Assembly (NCBI GenBank): GCA_045531795.1
Contig: JAZSET010000092.1
Coordinates: 1-52,857, forward strand
Reading direction: 5' to 3'
Source: Eubacteriales bacterium
GTDB lineage: Bacteria; Bacillota; Clostridia; Oscillospirales; CAG-272
DNA length: 52,857 nucleotides
The notes beneath the pieces are model-generated. The model did not search any database, was not told the origin of the DNA, and was given only the letters and a program-made list of their open reading frames with translations. This document shows, piece by piece, positions 10,581 through 18,582 of this stretch (position 1 is the first letter of the stretch; each line of letters opens with the position of its first letter). The translations under genes were made by a program, and so were the position numbers.

Positions 10581-11393
10581 TTACTTGTTTTTGACGTGGA
10601 CATCCACTTGAGGATATGGAATTTCAATACCGTTCTTATCAAACTCTGCCTTTACACTTTCCATAAGAGAGAAGTATACGTCCCAATAGTCTGCGCTGTT
10701 TACCCATACTCTGCAAACATAATCTACTGAATTCTGATTATGGCTTACAACACCGATAAAGGGTTCAGGCACAGATAAAACTGCTCTTTGCGCGTCAACA
10801 CAAGACTTTATTACCGACTTTACCTTGTCGATATCATTTTCATAGGAAGCCGAAAAGGTAATATCCACTCTTCTTGTATCCTTTGTACTGTAATTTGTTA
10901 TTACTCCGTTGGATACTGCACCGTTGGGGCAGGTTATCACCTTATTATCGGGAGTTAACACAACAGTATAGAATAAACTGATTGATTCAACAGTACCCGA
11001 GATTCCGTTAACTTCCACAAAGTCGCCAACAGTAAATGGTCTGAAGATAAGAATCATTATACTTCCTGCGATATTTGAAAGCGAACCCTGGAGTGCAAGA
11101 CCAATTGCAACACCGGCAGATGCAAGTATTGTAATAAACGATGTTGCCGGAATACCGAGAATTGATGCAGTGCAAATAATTACCAATATGTAAAGTACAA
11201 TTTTTATTGCACTGAGCAAAAAGGTGTAGACGCTTTTATCAATTTTCTGAAAGCCCCGGCTTTTGCCAAGCCTTTTCACAAAAAATGATGAAAGCTTCAG
11301 TCCTATAGCAAGCACCAAAATCGCCGAAACAAGCTTCAGAGCAAAAGGCACTGCCATTTGTGCAAGTGAATCAATCATTATCCTTAAATCCAT
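10581..11393 (-). CDS. mscS: Small-conductance mechanosensitive channel
   Basis: Three TMs, GLALQGSLSNIAG, RPFTVGD, NYS, RRVD, IEIPYPQ motifs. Confidence 0.92.
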   Translation of the reverse strand: MDLRIMIDSLAQMAVPFALKLVSAILVLAIGLKLSSFFVKRLGKSRGFQKIDKSVYTFLLSAIKIVLYILVIICTASILGIPATSFITILASAGVAIGLALQGSLSNIAGSIMILIFRPFTVGDFVEVNGISGTVESISLFYTVVLTPDNKVITCPNGAVSNGVITNYSTKDTRRVDITFSASYENDIDKVKSVIKSCVDAQRAVLSVPEPFIGVVSHNQNSVDYVCRVWVNSADYWDVYFSLMESVKAEFDKNGIEIPYPQVDVHVKNK

Positions 11394-11502
11394 TTTTACA
11401 TCCTCTTTTCTTAAATAAGTCCTTTTGCAGTAACATTTTACAATGTACTGCTGTCAGCAGGGGGATAATACAAAGATTATCCCGCTGATGCTATTTTTAT
11501 TT

Positions 11503-11655
11503 ACCGTAATTTCTGTTGTCCGGTTACCCGGATTTTTGTTATACGGCTTACGAGTAGCGTTTTTTAACTTCACGCACCCCGGAGAACCATCCGCCGATAA
11601 TTCGATGCTGCTCTCTCCTCGTCAACCGCAATTTTGCGGTCCCGGCGCTTTTGTT
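11503..11655 (-). ncRNA. glmS ribozyme (GlcN6P-activated self-cleaving riboswitch)
   Basis: Minus strand reads AAAAGCGCCGGGACCGCAAAATTGCGGTTGACGAGGAGAGAGCAGCATCGAATTATCGGCGGATGGTTCTCCGG...ACAAAAATCCGGGTAACCGGACAAC, matching the conserved AGCGCC / P1 / UUGACGAGG / AUCGA..UCGGCGGAUG core and the P4 region; directly after glmM. Confidence 0.9.
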
Positions 11656-11662
11656 TACCAAA

Positions 11663-13018
11663 TCAGTAGGTTGCAAGACTTGCTTTTATTGCTTCGGCTG
11701 TTTCCTTTGCAACTCTTTCGGTAAGTTCATTGTCCTCGCCCTCAGTCATAACTCTGATAAGAGGCTCTGTACCCGAAGGTCTGACTACAATTCTTCCCGT
11801 CTGCATAAGTTCCTCTTCTGCTTTTTTGAGTATACTCTTTACATTTGAATCAGTGTAGAATGCAAGTTTACCCTCGTCTGTTGTCCTGATGTTGACAATA
11901 TACTGAGGATATCTTGTCATAACAGATGCAAGCTCTGAAAGCTTCATTTTACTGCGTTTCAGATGTGTAAGAAGCTGTACTGCTGTAAGCTGTCCGTCAC
12001 CCGTTGTTGCAAAATCTCTGAAAATAACGTGACCTGACTGCTCACCGCCAAGACTGTAGCCCTCAAGTAACATTTCTTCAAGAACATACCTGTCACCTAC
12101 CTTGGTAGGAATAAAATTGATATCATTTTTTTCACAGAACTTTGTAAAACCAAAGTTTGTCATAATTGTACCTACGACAGTATTTCTTCTGAGTTTTCCA
12201 CGTTCCTTCATATCAAGAGCGCAAATAGCCATAATAAAGTCGCCGTCAACTTCTTCACCGTTTTCGTCAACACAAAGACATCTGTCTGCGTCTCCGTCAA
12301 AAGCAACTCCTGCACAAAGCTTATTTTCAAGCACATATTCGCGAAGTCTTTCCATATGTGTTGAACCGCAGCCGTCATTGATGTTAATGCCATTAGGTTC
12401 ATCTGATAAAATATGAACCTTTGCGCCAAGCTCTTCGAATAACTTTCTTGCACTTACACTTGACGAGCCGTTTGCACAGTCAACTGCAATTTCCATTCCC
12501 TCAAGAGAACAAATCGATGAGCTTACTATATGCTCAATATAATCGTCAATCGCATTTGTCGCATATGTCACTCTTCCGATGTTCTCAGGTTGAGCAAGGC
12601 TGACTTCAGGCTTTCCGTCAATAACGATTGATTCAATTCTCTCCTCAATTTCGTCCGGGAGCTTAAAGCCGTCCTCGTTAAAAATTTTAATTCCATTAAA
12701 CTCAAAAGGGTTATGCGATGCCGAAATCATAATACCGGCAGTTGCCTTGTATTTTCCGACAAGATACGCTACTGCAGGAGTCGGAACAACACCAAGCAAA
12801 ATTACATCTGCGCCAACAGAGCAAAGTCCTGCGCAAAGAGCATTTGCAAGCATATCAGACGAAAGTCTTGTGTCCATACCGATAATGATTTTCGGTATGC
12901 TTCGTCTGTTACCCGAAAGCACCATCGCTGCGGCACGGCCAATCTGCAGCGCTTTCTCAACAGTAAGCGCCTCATTTGCAATACCTCTTACGCCGTCTGT
13001 ACCAAAAAGTCTTCCCAT
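11663..13018 (-). CDS. glmM: Phosphoglucosamine mutase
   Basis: LFGTDGVRG, ISASHNP, DGDADR, GGEQSGH, RPSGTEP motifs. Confidence 0.97.
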   Translation of the reverse strand: MGRLFGTDGVRGIANEALTVEKALQIGRAAAMVLSGNRRSIPKIIIGMDTRLSSDMLANALCAGLCSVGADVILLGVVPTPAVAYLVGKYKATAGIMISASHNPFEFNGIKIFNEDGFKLPDEIEERIESIVIDGKPEVSLAQPENIGRVTYATNAIDDYIEHIVSSSICSLEGMEIAVDCANGSSSVSARKLFEELGAKVHILSDEPNGININDGCGSTHMERLREYVLENKLCAGVAFDGDADRCLCVDENGEEVDGDFIMAICALDMKERGKLRRNTVVGTIMTNFGFTKFCEKNDINFIPTKVGDRYVLEEMLLEGYSLGGEQSGHVIFRDFATTGDGQLTAVQLLTHLKRSKMKLSELASVMTRYPQYIVNIRTTDEGKLAFYTDSNVKSILKKAEEELMQTGRIVVRPSGTEPLIRVMTEGEDNELTERVAKETAEAIKASLATY

Positions 13019-13035
13019 TTGTTTCTCCTTTTAAA

Positions 13036-13707
13036 TTAGTTTTTGGTAACGATTTTGTGTTCATCTTTGTAAATCGAATTTTCAGGGACAACTCCCCTTA
13101 CTCTTGACAAAGGATAAACGTTTGAATTTCTTCCGATAACACTACCCGGACAGAGCACGCTGTTGCAACCGATTTCAACATAGTCGCCAAGCATTGCTCC
13201 GAGCTTTTTTCTACCCGTGTCGATAGTCTCAGCTTCACTCTTGATGCTGACAGGAGTTTTGTCGCTCTTCACATTTGAAGTAACACTTCCCGCCCCCATA
13301 TGCGATTTATAGCCAAGCACCGAATCTCCCACATAATTAAAATGCGGAACCTGCACAGAGTCAAACAAAACAGAGTTTTTGACTTCGCACGAATTGCCGA
13401 CAACACTTCCCTTGCCGATTATCGCGCTTCCCCTTATATACGCACAGTGGCGGATTTCAGCACCGCTGTCAATAATACAGGGACCATTGATTTCTGCACT
13501 TTTTGCTACCTTTGCATCCTTTGCTATCCAAATGTTCTCACCGATTTTGTCAAATTCCTTTTCATCCAGGGTATTTCCGAGTTTTATAATAAAGGCTTTG
13601 ATATTATCAAGCAAGTCATATGGGTAAACAGAATTTGCAAACAACTCTGCCGCTATGGTTTTTGAAGTATCAAAAAGCTCACTTGTTTTTGGAACGTTCG
13701 TCATCAT
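13036..13707 (-). CDS. Stand-alone left-handed beta-helix acetyltransferase resembling the GlmU C-terminal domain
   Basis: Hexapeptide repeats, EVKNS, HFNYVGDS, GAGSVTSN, GAMLGD; directly upstream of glmM. Confidence 0.75.
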   Translation of the reverse strand: MMTNVPKTSELFDTSKTIAAELFANSVYPYDLLDNIKAFIIKLGNTLDEKEFDKIGENIWIAKDAKVAKSAEINGPCIIDSGAEIRHCAYIRGSAIIGKGSVVGNSCEVKNSVLFDSVQVPHFNYVGDSVLGYKSHMGAGSVTSNVKSDKTPVSIKSEAETIDTGRKKLGAMLGDYVEIGCNSVLCPGSVIGRNSNVYPLSRVRGVVPENSIYKDEHKIVTKN

Positions 13708-13847
13708 TACACCTCCTCTCCAAATGATATAATATGCAAATGCATATCCATAGTATTATATCACATTCCGAAATCATGTGCAATGTTAAAAAAACACAAA
13801 GCCTGCCTGTAAAAAAAGCCGCATATTGTAAATACTACGGCTTTTTA

Positions 13848-14633
13848 TTATCTCTTTATATGTTTATCCCTGTAATCCTTGGGTGTCTTCCCGGTAATTT
13901 CAAGGAAAGCCCTATTAAAAGAACGGATTGAGCCAAAGCCCACCTCTTCGGAGATATCGGATATTCTCTTGTCACTTTCAACAAGTAGTGTGCGCGCCTT
14001 GTCAACCCTGAGCATATTTATATAAGTGCTGAAGCTTATACCAAGTTTTTCGTTCATAAGGTGTGAAATATGGAATTTGCTTATATGCAGGCTTTGGGAG
14101 ATACTTTCAAGAGTTATATCATCGTCAAAATTATCCGAACAGTATTCAAGTAGTGCCTGGAAAACAGATTTTCCTTTATTGCTTTTAGGCTTAGTCTCAA
14201 TATTTGACATACAAAGACCGATAGCCTGGTTTAAAAGTCCTGCAACAACCGTACTTTTATATTCCCCCTTAAACTCTAATGCCCTATTGAAAAGTTCGCC
14301 TATTTCTTTGGTTTTTTCACTACTTATTACATTTGAAATAGGAATATTAGTTTCCATTATGTCCTTGAGTCCGTAAAGAAGGTTCGGGTTTAATATGATA
14401 ACATTGAATCTCCCCTTTTCGGGGCAATTATAATAGTGGATCTGGCGTGGGAAGCAAATGAAAACATCTCCCTTTTTTACGAGGGCACTTTCATTGTCGG
14501 CGTAAACCATACATTTACCCTCACAAACATATATGATTTCAATTTCCCTGTGATAATGAGGAATATTTGAAAGTATGTGTTGAATACTGAGTGTTACGGG
14601 ACTTGTCTTGTGTTCAAATACTATGTTTTCCAT
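13848..14633 (-). CDS. AraC family transcriptional regulator
   Basis: N-terminal cupin (PHYHREIE) and C-terminal double HTH (ISEEVGFGSIRSFNRAF...TP..YR). Confidence 0.92.
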   Translation of the reverse strand: MENIVFEHKTSPVTLSIQHILSNIPHYHREIEIIYVCEGKCMVYADNESALVKKGDVFICFPRQIHYYNCPEKGRFNVIILNPNLLYGLKDIMETNIPISNVISSEKTKEIGELFNRALEFKGEYKSTVVAGLLNQAIGLCMSNIETKPKSNKGKSVFQALLEYCSDNFDDDITLESISQSLHISKFHISHLMNEKLGISFSTYINMLRVDKARTLLVESDKRISDISEEVGFGSIRSFNRAFLEITGKTPKDYRDKHIKR

Positions 14634-14705
14634 AATCTCCTCCCCCTCTCGCGTTTATAATATGCATTTTACCATAAATTCAAGTAAATGTCAATAAAAA
14701 CCGCA

Positions 14706-14764
14706 ATATTTGTCTATAAAATACCTATATTTGACTTGAACATTGCCGTCCTAAGTTGTATAAT
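14706..14764 (+). promoter_or_regulatory. Sigma-A promoter with adjacent direct repeats (possible AraC sites)
   Basis: TTGAAC-17 bp-TATAAT (14736-14764); ATATTTGTCT and ATATTTGACT repeated 21 bp apart. Confidence 0.5.
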
Positions 14765-14868
14765 TTATTTAGAAATATGTATCATCCGTAATTTCAATTT
14801 GTAGCTTGACCAGATATTACCATTCTGTTAAGCTTGGTTGTCGACAGAATACATAGGAGGTTTACTTT

Positions 14869-15783
14869 ATGAAACTTGGAGTTGTAAGTGCAATTTATGA
14901 CGGATTTACATTTGAGGAAATGATTGATGATATTTCAGCTAACGGATGCACCTGTGTTGAAGTTGCATGCTGGCCTCAGGGTAAGGCTGAACGCAGATAT
15001 GCTGGTGTCAGCCACATTGATGTTGAAAACACATCAAAAGAGTACATCGAATATGTAAAGGACTACTGCAAGAAGCATTCGGTTGAGATCTCATCTCTTG
15101 CGTTCTACCCAAACACAATGGACGGAAACCTCGAAAAGAGACAGGCGAGCATTGACCACCTTAAGAAGGTTATCAATATGAGTGCACTTCTTGGCGTTAA
15201 TATGGTTACAACCTTTATAGGCCGTGACCAAACCAAAACCGTTGAAGACAATCTTGAAATTTTCCGCGAAGTATGGCCTCCCATTATCAAGTTCGCAGAA
15301 GAAAAGGGTGTAAAGGTTGCAATTGAAAACTGTCCTATGCTCTTCGGTGCTGACCAGTGGCCGGGCGGACAGAATCTCTTTACAACACCAAAGCTCTGGA
15401 GACAAATGTTCGACATTATAAAGAGCGACTATTTCGGTATAAACTATGACCCCAGCCACTTTGTATGGCAGCAGATAGATTATATCAAGCCCGTTTATGA
15501 GTTTAAAGACAAAATCTTTCACGTTCACTGCAAGGATATAAAAGTATATCCCGACAGACTCAATGATGTCGGTATTATGGCATATCCTCTTGAATATATG
15601 TCCCCGAAACTTCCCGGACTCGGTGATGTTGACTGGGGCAAATACATTTCAGCTCTCACAGACATCGGCTACAACAGCTTTGTATGTGTTGAAGTCGAAG
15701 ACAAGGCATTTGAGTCATCAAAGGAAAGAATACTCGATTCTGTAAAACTCAGCTGCCGTTATTTGAATCAGTTTGTAATTTAA
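14869..15783 (+). CDS. Sugar phosphate isomerase/epimerase (xylose-isomerase-like TIM barrel)
   Basis: AIENCP, NYDPSH, HVHCKD, VEVED metal-binding motifs. Confidence 0.85.
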   Translation: MKLGVVSAIYDGFTFEEMIDDISANGCTCVEVACWPQGKAERRYAGVSHIDVENTSKEYIEYVKDYCKKHSVEISSLAFYPNTMDGNLEKRQASIDHLKKVINMSALLGVNMVTTFIGRDQTKTVEDNLEIFREVWPPIIKFAEEKGVKVAIENCPMLFGADQWPGGQNLFTTPKLWRQMFDIIKSDYFGINYDPSHFVWQQIDYIKPVYEFKDKIFHVHCKDIKVYPDRLNDVGIMAYPLEYMSPKLPGLGDVDWGKYISALTDIGYNSFVCVEVEDKAFESSKERILDSVKLSCRYLNQFVI

Positions 15784-15815
15784 TTTAAAATATATTTATT
15801 TGGAGGTAAATCAAA

Positions 15816-16985
15816 ATGGCAATTGACATGAATGATTTTTCATCAAATCAAGCCGAATCCACAGTCGCTGTAAACAGCGGCAAAAAAATCCGCGTAGGTA
15901 TTATCGGTACAGGCGGTATCGCAGGCGGACACATCACAGCTTATATGAGACAGCCCGATGTTGATATTGTTGCAGCTGCTGATATTATCCCCGGCAAGGC
16001 TCAGAAGTTCCTTGAAACGAATGAAGTACCTAATGCAAAAGCTTTCATCGACTACAAGGAAATGATCGACACTATGAACCTTGACGTTGTAAGTGTTTGT
16101 ACATACAACCGCACACACGCCGAATGTACTATATACGCTCTCGAGCATGGTCTCCCCGTACTTCTCGAAAAGCCTATGACTGTAACACTTGATGAAGCTA
16201 TTGCAATCTGCAAGGCAGAAAAGAAGTCAGGCAAAATTGTATCTGTCGGCTTCCAGCCCAGAATGGATGCTAATATGCAGATGATAAAGAAAATTGTACA
16301 GTCAGGCGAACTCGGCAGAGTTTACTATGTACAGACAGGTGGCGGACGCCGTCACGGTATTCCGGTAAGCTGGTCTGAAACATTTATCGAAAATGATAAG
16401 GCAGGTCTCGGTGCAGTAGGTGATATCGGTTGTTATTCAATCGACCTCGTTATGAATGCACTCGGCAACCCGAAGCCCCTTACAGTATCAGGTACTACTT
16501 CAGGCTTCTTCGGAAAGACACCCGAGGCTTATTCATCATTCAGCCCCGAAAAGGCTGCTGAGTGTGCAAATAAATTCTCTGTTGACGATTTCGCATCTGC
16601 TTACATTCGTCTTGAAGGTGGTATCATACTCGACTTCCGTATTTCCTGGTATATGCACCTTGACACTCCCGGTGATACAATCATTATGGGTACAAAGGGT
16701 TCACTCCGCATTCCTTCAACAGATTCCTGGAACGGCTCCTTTAATAAGCCTATGACACTTTATCACGATGTTGCAGGTGAGGCTGTTGACACAACAATCC
16801 CGCTTCTTCCCGCAACCACAGACATCTGGGATAAAAAGATCCGTTCCTTCCTTGATGCTGCAATGAACGGCGGTAAGGCTCCCGTTCCCACAGATGAAAT
16901 TATTTACAATCAGGCTATTATCGACGGTATCTTCCGTTCAAGCGAGCTCGGAAAAGAAGTAACAATAGAAATCCCCGAAATTTAA
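15816..16985 (+). CDS. Gfo/Idh/MocA family oxidoreductase
   Basis: IIGTGGIA Rossmann motif, EKP, DIGCY. Confidence 0.9.
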   Translation: MAIDMNDFSSNQAESTVAVNSGKKIRVGIIGTGGIAGGHITAYMRQPDVDIVAAADIIPGKAQKFLETNEVPNAKAFIDYKEMIDTMNLDVVSVCTYNRTHAECTIYALEHGLPVLLEKPMTVTLDEAIAICKAEKKSGKIVSVGFQPRMDANMQMIKKIVQSGELGRVYYVQTGGGRRHGIPVSWSETFIENDKAGLGAVGDIGCYSIDLVMNALGNPKPLTVSGTTSGFFGKTPEAYSSFSPEKAAECANKFSVDDFASAYIRLEGGIILDFRISWYMHLDTPGDTIIMGTKGSLRIPSTDSWNGSFNKPMTLYHDVAGEAVDTTIPLLPATTDIWDKKIRSFLDAAMNGGKAPVPTDEIIYNQAIIDGIFRSSELGKEVTIEIPEI

Positions 16986-17002
16986 TTCAGGAGATACATA
17001 TT

Positions 17003-17815
17003 ATGATTAAGTTTCCAATAGCACTTCAGCTCTACTCTGTCAGAGATGATATGGCAGCAGACTTTGAGGGTACACTTAAAAAGGTTAAGGCTATGGGCTA
17101 TGACGGTGTTGAATTTGCAGGACTTTTTGGCAAATCTGCCGCAGAGGTCAAGACACTGTGTGATGAAATCGGATTAACCCCCATTTCTGCGCACGTAACT
17201 TTTGTTGATATGATAGCTAACCCCGATATGCTTAAAACTTATCAGGAAATTGGTTGTAAATTTGTTGTTATTCCCTATCTTAATCCCGAATATCGTCCCG
17301 GAAACGAAAAGTTTGACGATGTTATAAAGTATTCAAAGATACTTGGCGAAAAGGCAAACTCATTCGGTATGAAGCTTGCATACCACAACCACGATTTTGA
17401 ATTTGAAAAAATAGACGGTGAGTATGCACTCGATGTTCTCTACAAGGAAGTACCCGCCAATCTTTTACAGCCCGAGCTTGATACTTGCTGGGTAAACGTT
17501 GGAGGCGTTGACCCTGCAGACTATATCCGCAAGTACACAGGCAGACAGCAGATTCTTCATCTCAAAGATTTTGTTGGTACAAAGAGCGAAAATATGTATG
17601 CTCTTATCGGTATTGACGAAAACGAAAAGAAGGATACAAAAGGACAGTTTGAATTCAGACCCGTTGGTAAGGGAGTTCAGGACTTCCCTGAAATTTTAAA
17701 GGCTGCAGAAGATGCCGGCGTTGAATGGGTAGTTGTCGAACAGGATAACCCCAGTATGGGACTTTCCCCATTAGAATGTGCTAAAACAAGCATTGACTAT
17801 TTAAAGACTCTTTAA
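17003..17815 (+). CDS. Sugar phosphate isomerase/epimerase (TIM barrel)
   Basis: LQLYSVR, YHNHDFEF, ELDTCW, HLKD, VEQD motifs. Confidence 0.88.
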   Translation: MIKFPIALQLYSVRDDMAADFEGTLKKVKAMGYDGVEFAGLFGKSAAEVKTLCDEIGLTPISAHVTFVDMIANPDMLKTYQEIGCKFVVIPYLNPEYRPGNEKFDDVIKYSKILGEKANSFGMKLAYHNHDFEFEKIDGEYALDVLYKEVPANLLQPELDTCWVNVGGVDPADYIRKYTGRQQILHLKDFVGTKSENMYALIGIDENEKKDTKGQFEFRPVGKGVQDFPEILKAAEDAGVEWVVVEQDNPSMGLSPLECAKTSIDYLKTL

Positions 17816-17829
17816 GTTATAAAAAACAC

Positions 17830-17862
17830 GGTGCGGAAAACAATTTCCGCACCATATTTTTT
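17830..17862 (+). terminator. Intrinsic terminator of the sugar operon
   Basis: GGTGCGGAAA/TTTCCGCACC stem followed by a T-rich tail. Confidence 0.7.
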
Positions 17863-18284
17863 GATATGTTACCGAAACTACCGATAGAAATTCCGAGAGT
17901 TTCCAACATGTTGGTTGGTACTTTTTTGTTGTTTTGCAAGCTTTGTTGCAATTGTTCACACTTTGGCCACAAAATGTTTGTTACCAAAGTGTAAACATTA
18001 TATTTTTTGTTATAAAATACCCCGAAAAAGCCTTGTCGTACAAGGCTTTTTTGTTTTCCTGAAAATCCGATCCATAATCGGCCTCTATATTAGGCCAGAG
18101 TCGAATACCGTCGAATGATAGGGGCTTACATATATGCGATTTTTGTGCTAAAATATAGTTGTGCTAAAGAGAAAGTTTAACGGAACAAATGCGACAATTT
18201 TATCTCATAAAAATCGACATTTTACACCTGTAAGCTACAGTAAAATATAAATAGCACCACAATTAAATTTTGGAGGATAATCCT

Positions 18285-18545
18285 ATGAACCAGACTAAAA
18301 ACTACTCAAGCATCCGCGCCATTAAAAATACTGCGCGGGACACTGTACTCATCTACAAAGCAATACATATTGAAGACAACAGCTTTGAGTTATCAATTGA
18401 TGAATACAGAAACGATTTTCTCGCCCACACATCAAACACAGTTGCCTCATTTGAAAGTCTTGCTGACCTTGAAGTACTTATGCAAGATATGTGTAAAGGT
18501 GCCCTTGAGCCCTGTCACCTTAAAGATATAATCGAAGATTTATAA
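18285..18545 (+). CDS. Small conserved protein, DUF6514-like
   Basis: GGAGG RBS before ATG 18285; C-terminal G..EP.HLKDIIED resembles my recollection of DUF6514. Confidence 0.55.
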   Translation: MNQTKNYSSIRAIKNTARDTVLIYKAIHIEDNSFELSIDEYRNDFLAHTSNTVASFESLADLEVLMQDMCKGALEPCHLKDIIEDL

Positions 18546-18546
18546 T

Positions 18547-18582
18547 AAAAAGGCGGTGAAATAAATTTCACCGCCAATTTTT
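18547..18582. terminator. Bidirectional terminator
   Basis: GGCGGTGAAAT/ATTTCACCGCC between convergent genes. Confidence 0.75.

Noticed and set aside
11443-11724. 93-aa plus-strand ORF
   Set aside because: It is the antisense of the glmS ribozyme and the glmM 3' end.
17985-18018. Possible dif site
   Set aside because: Only loose AT-rich resemblance; no convincing XerD arm (TTATGTAAA-like).
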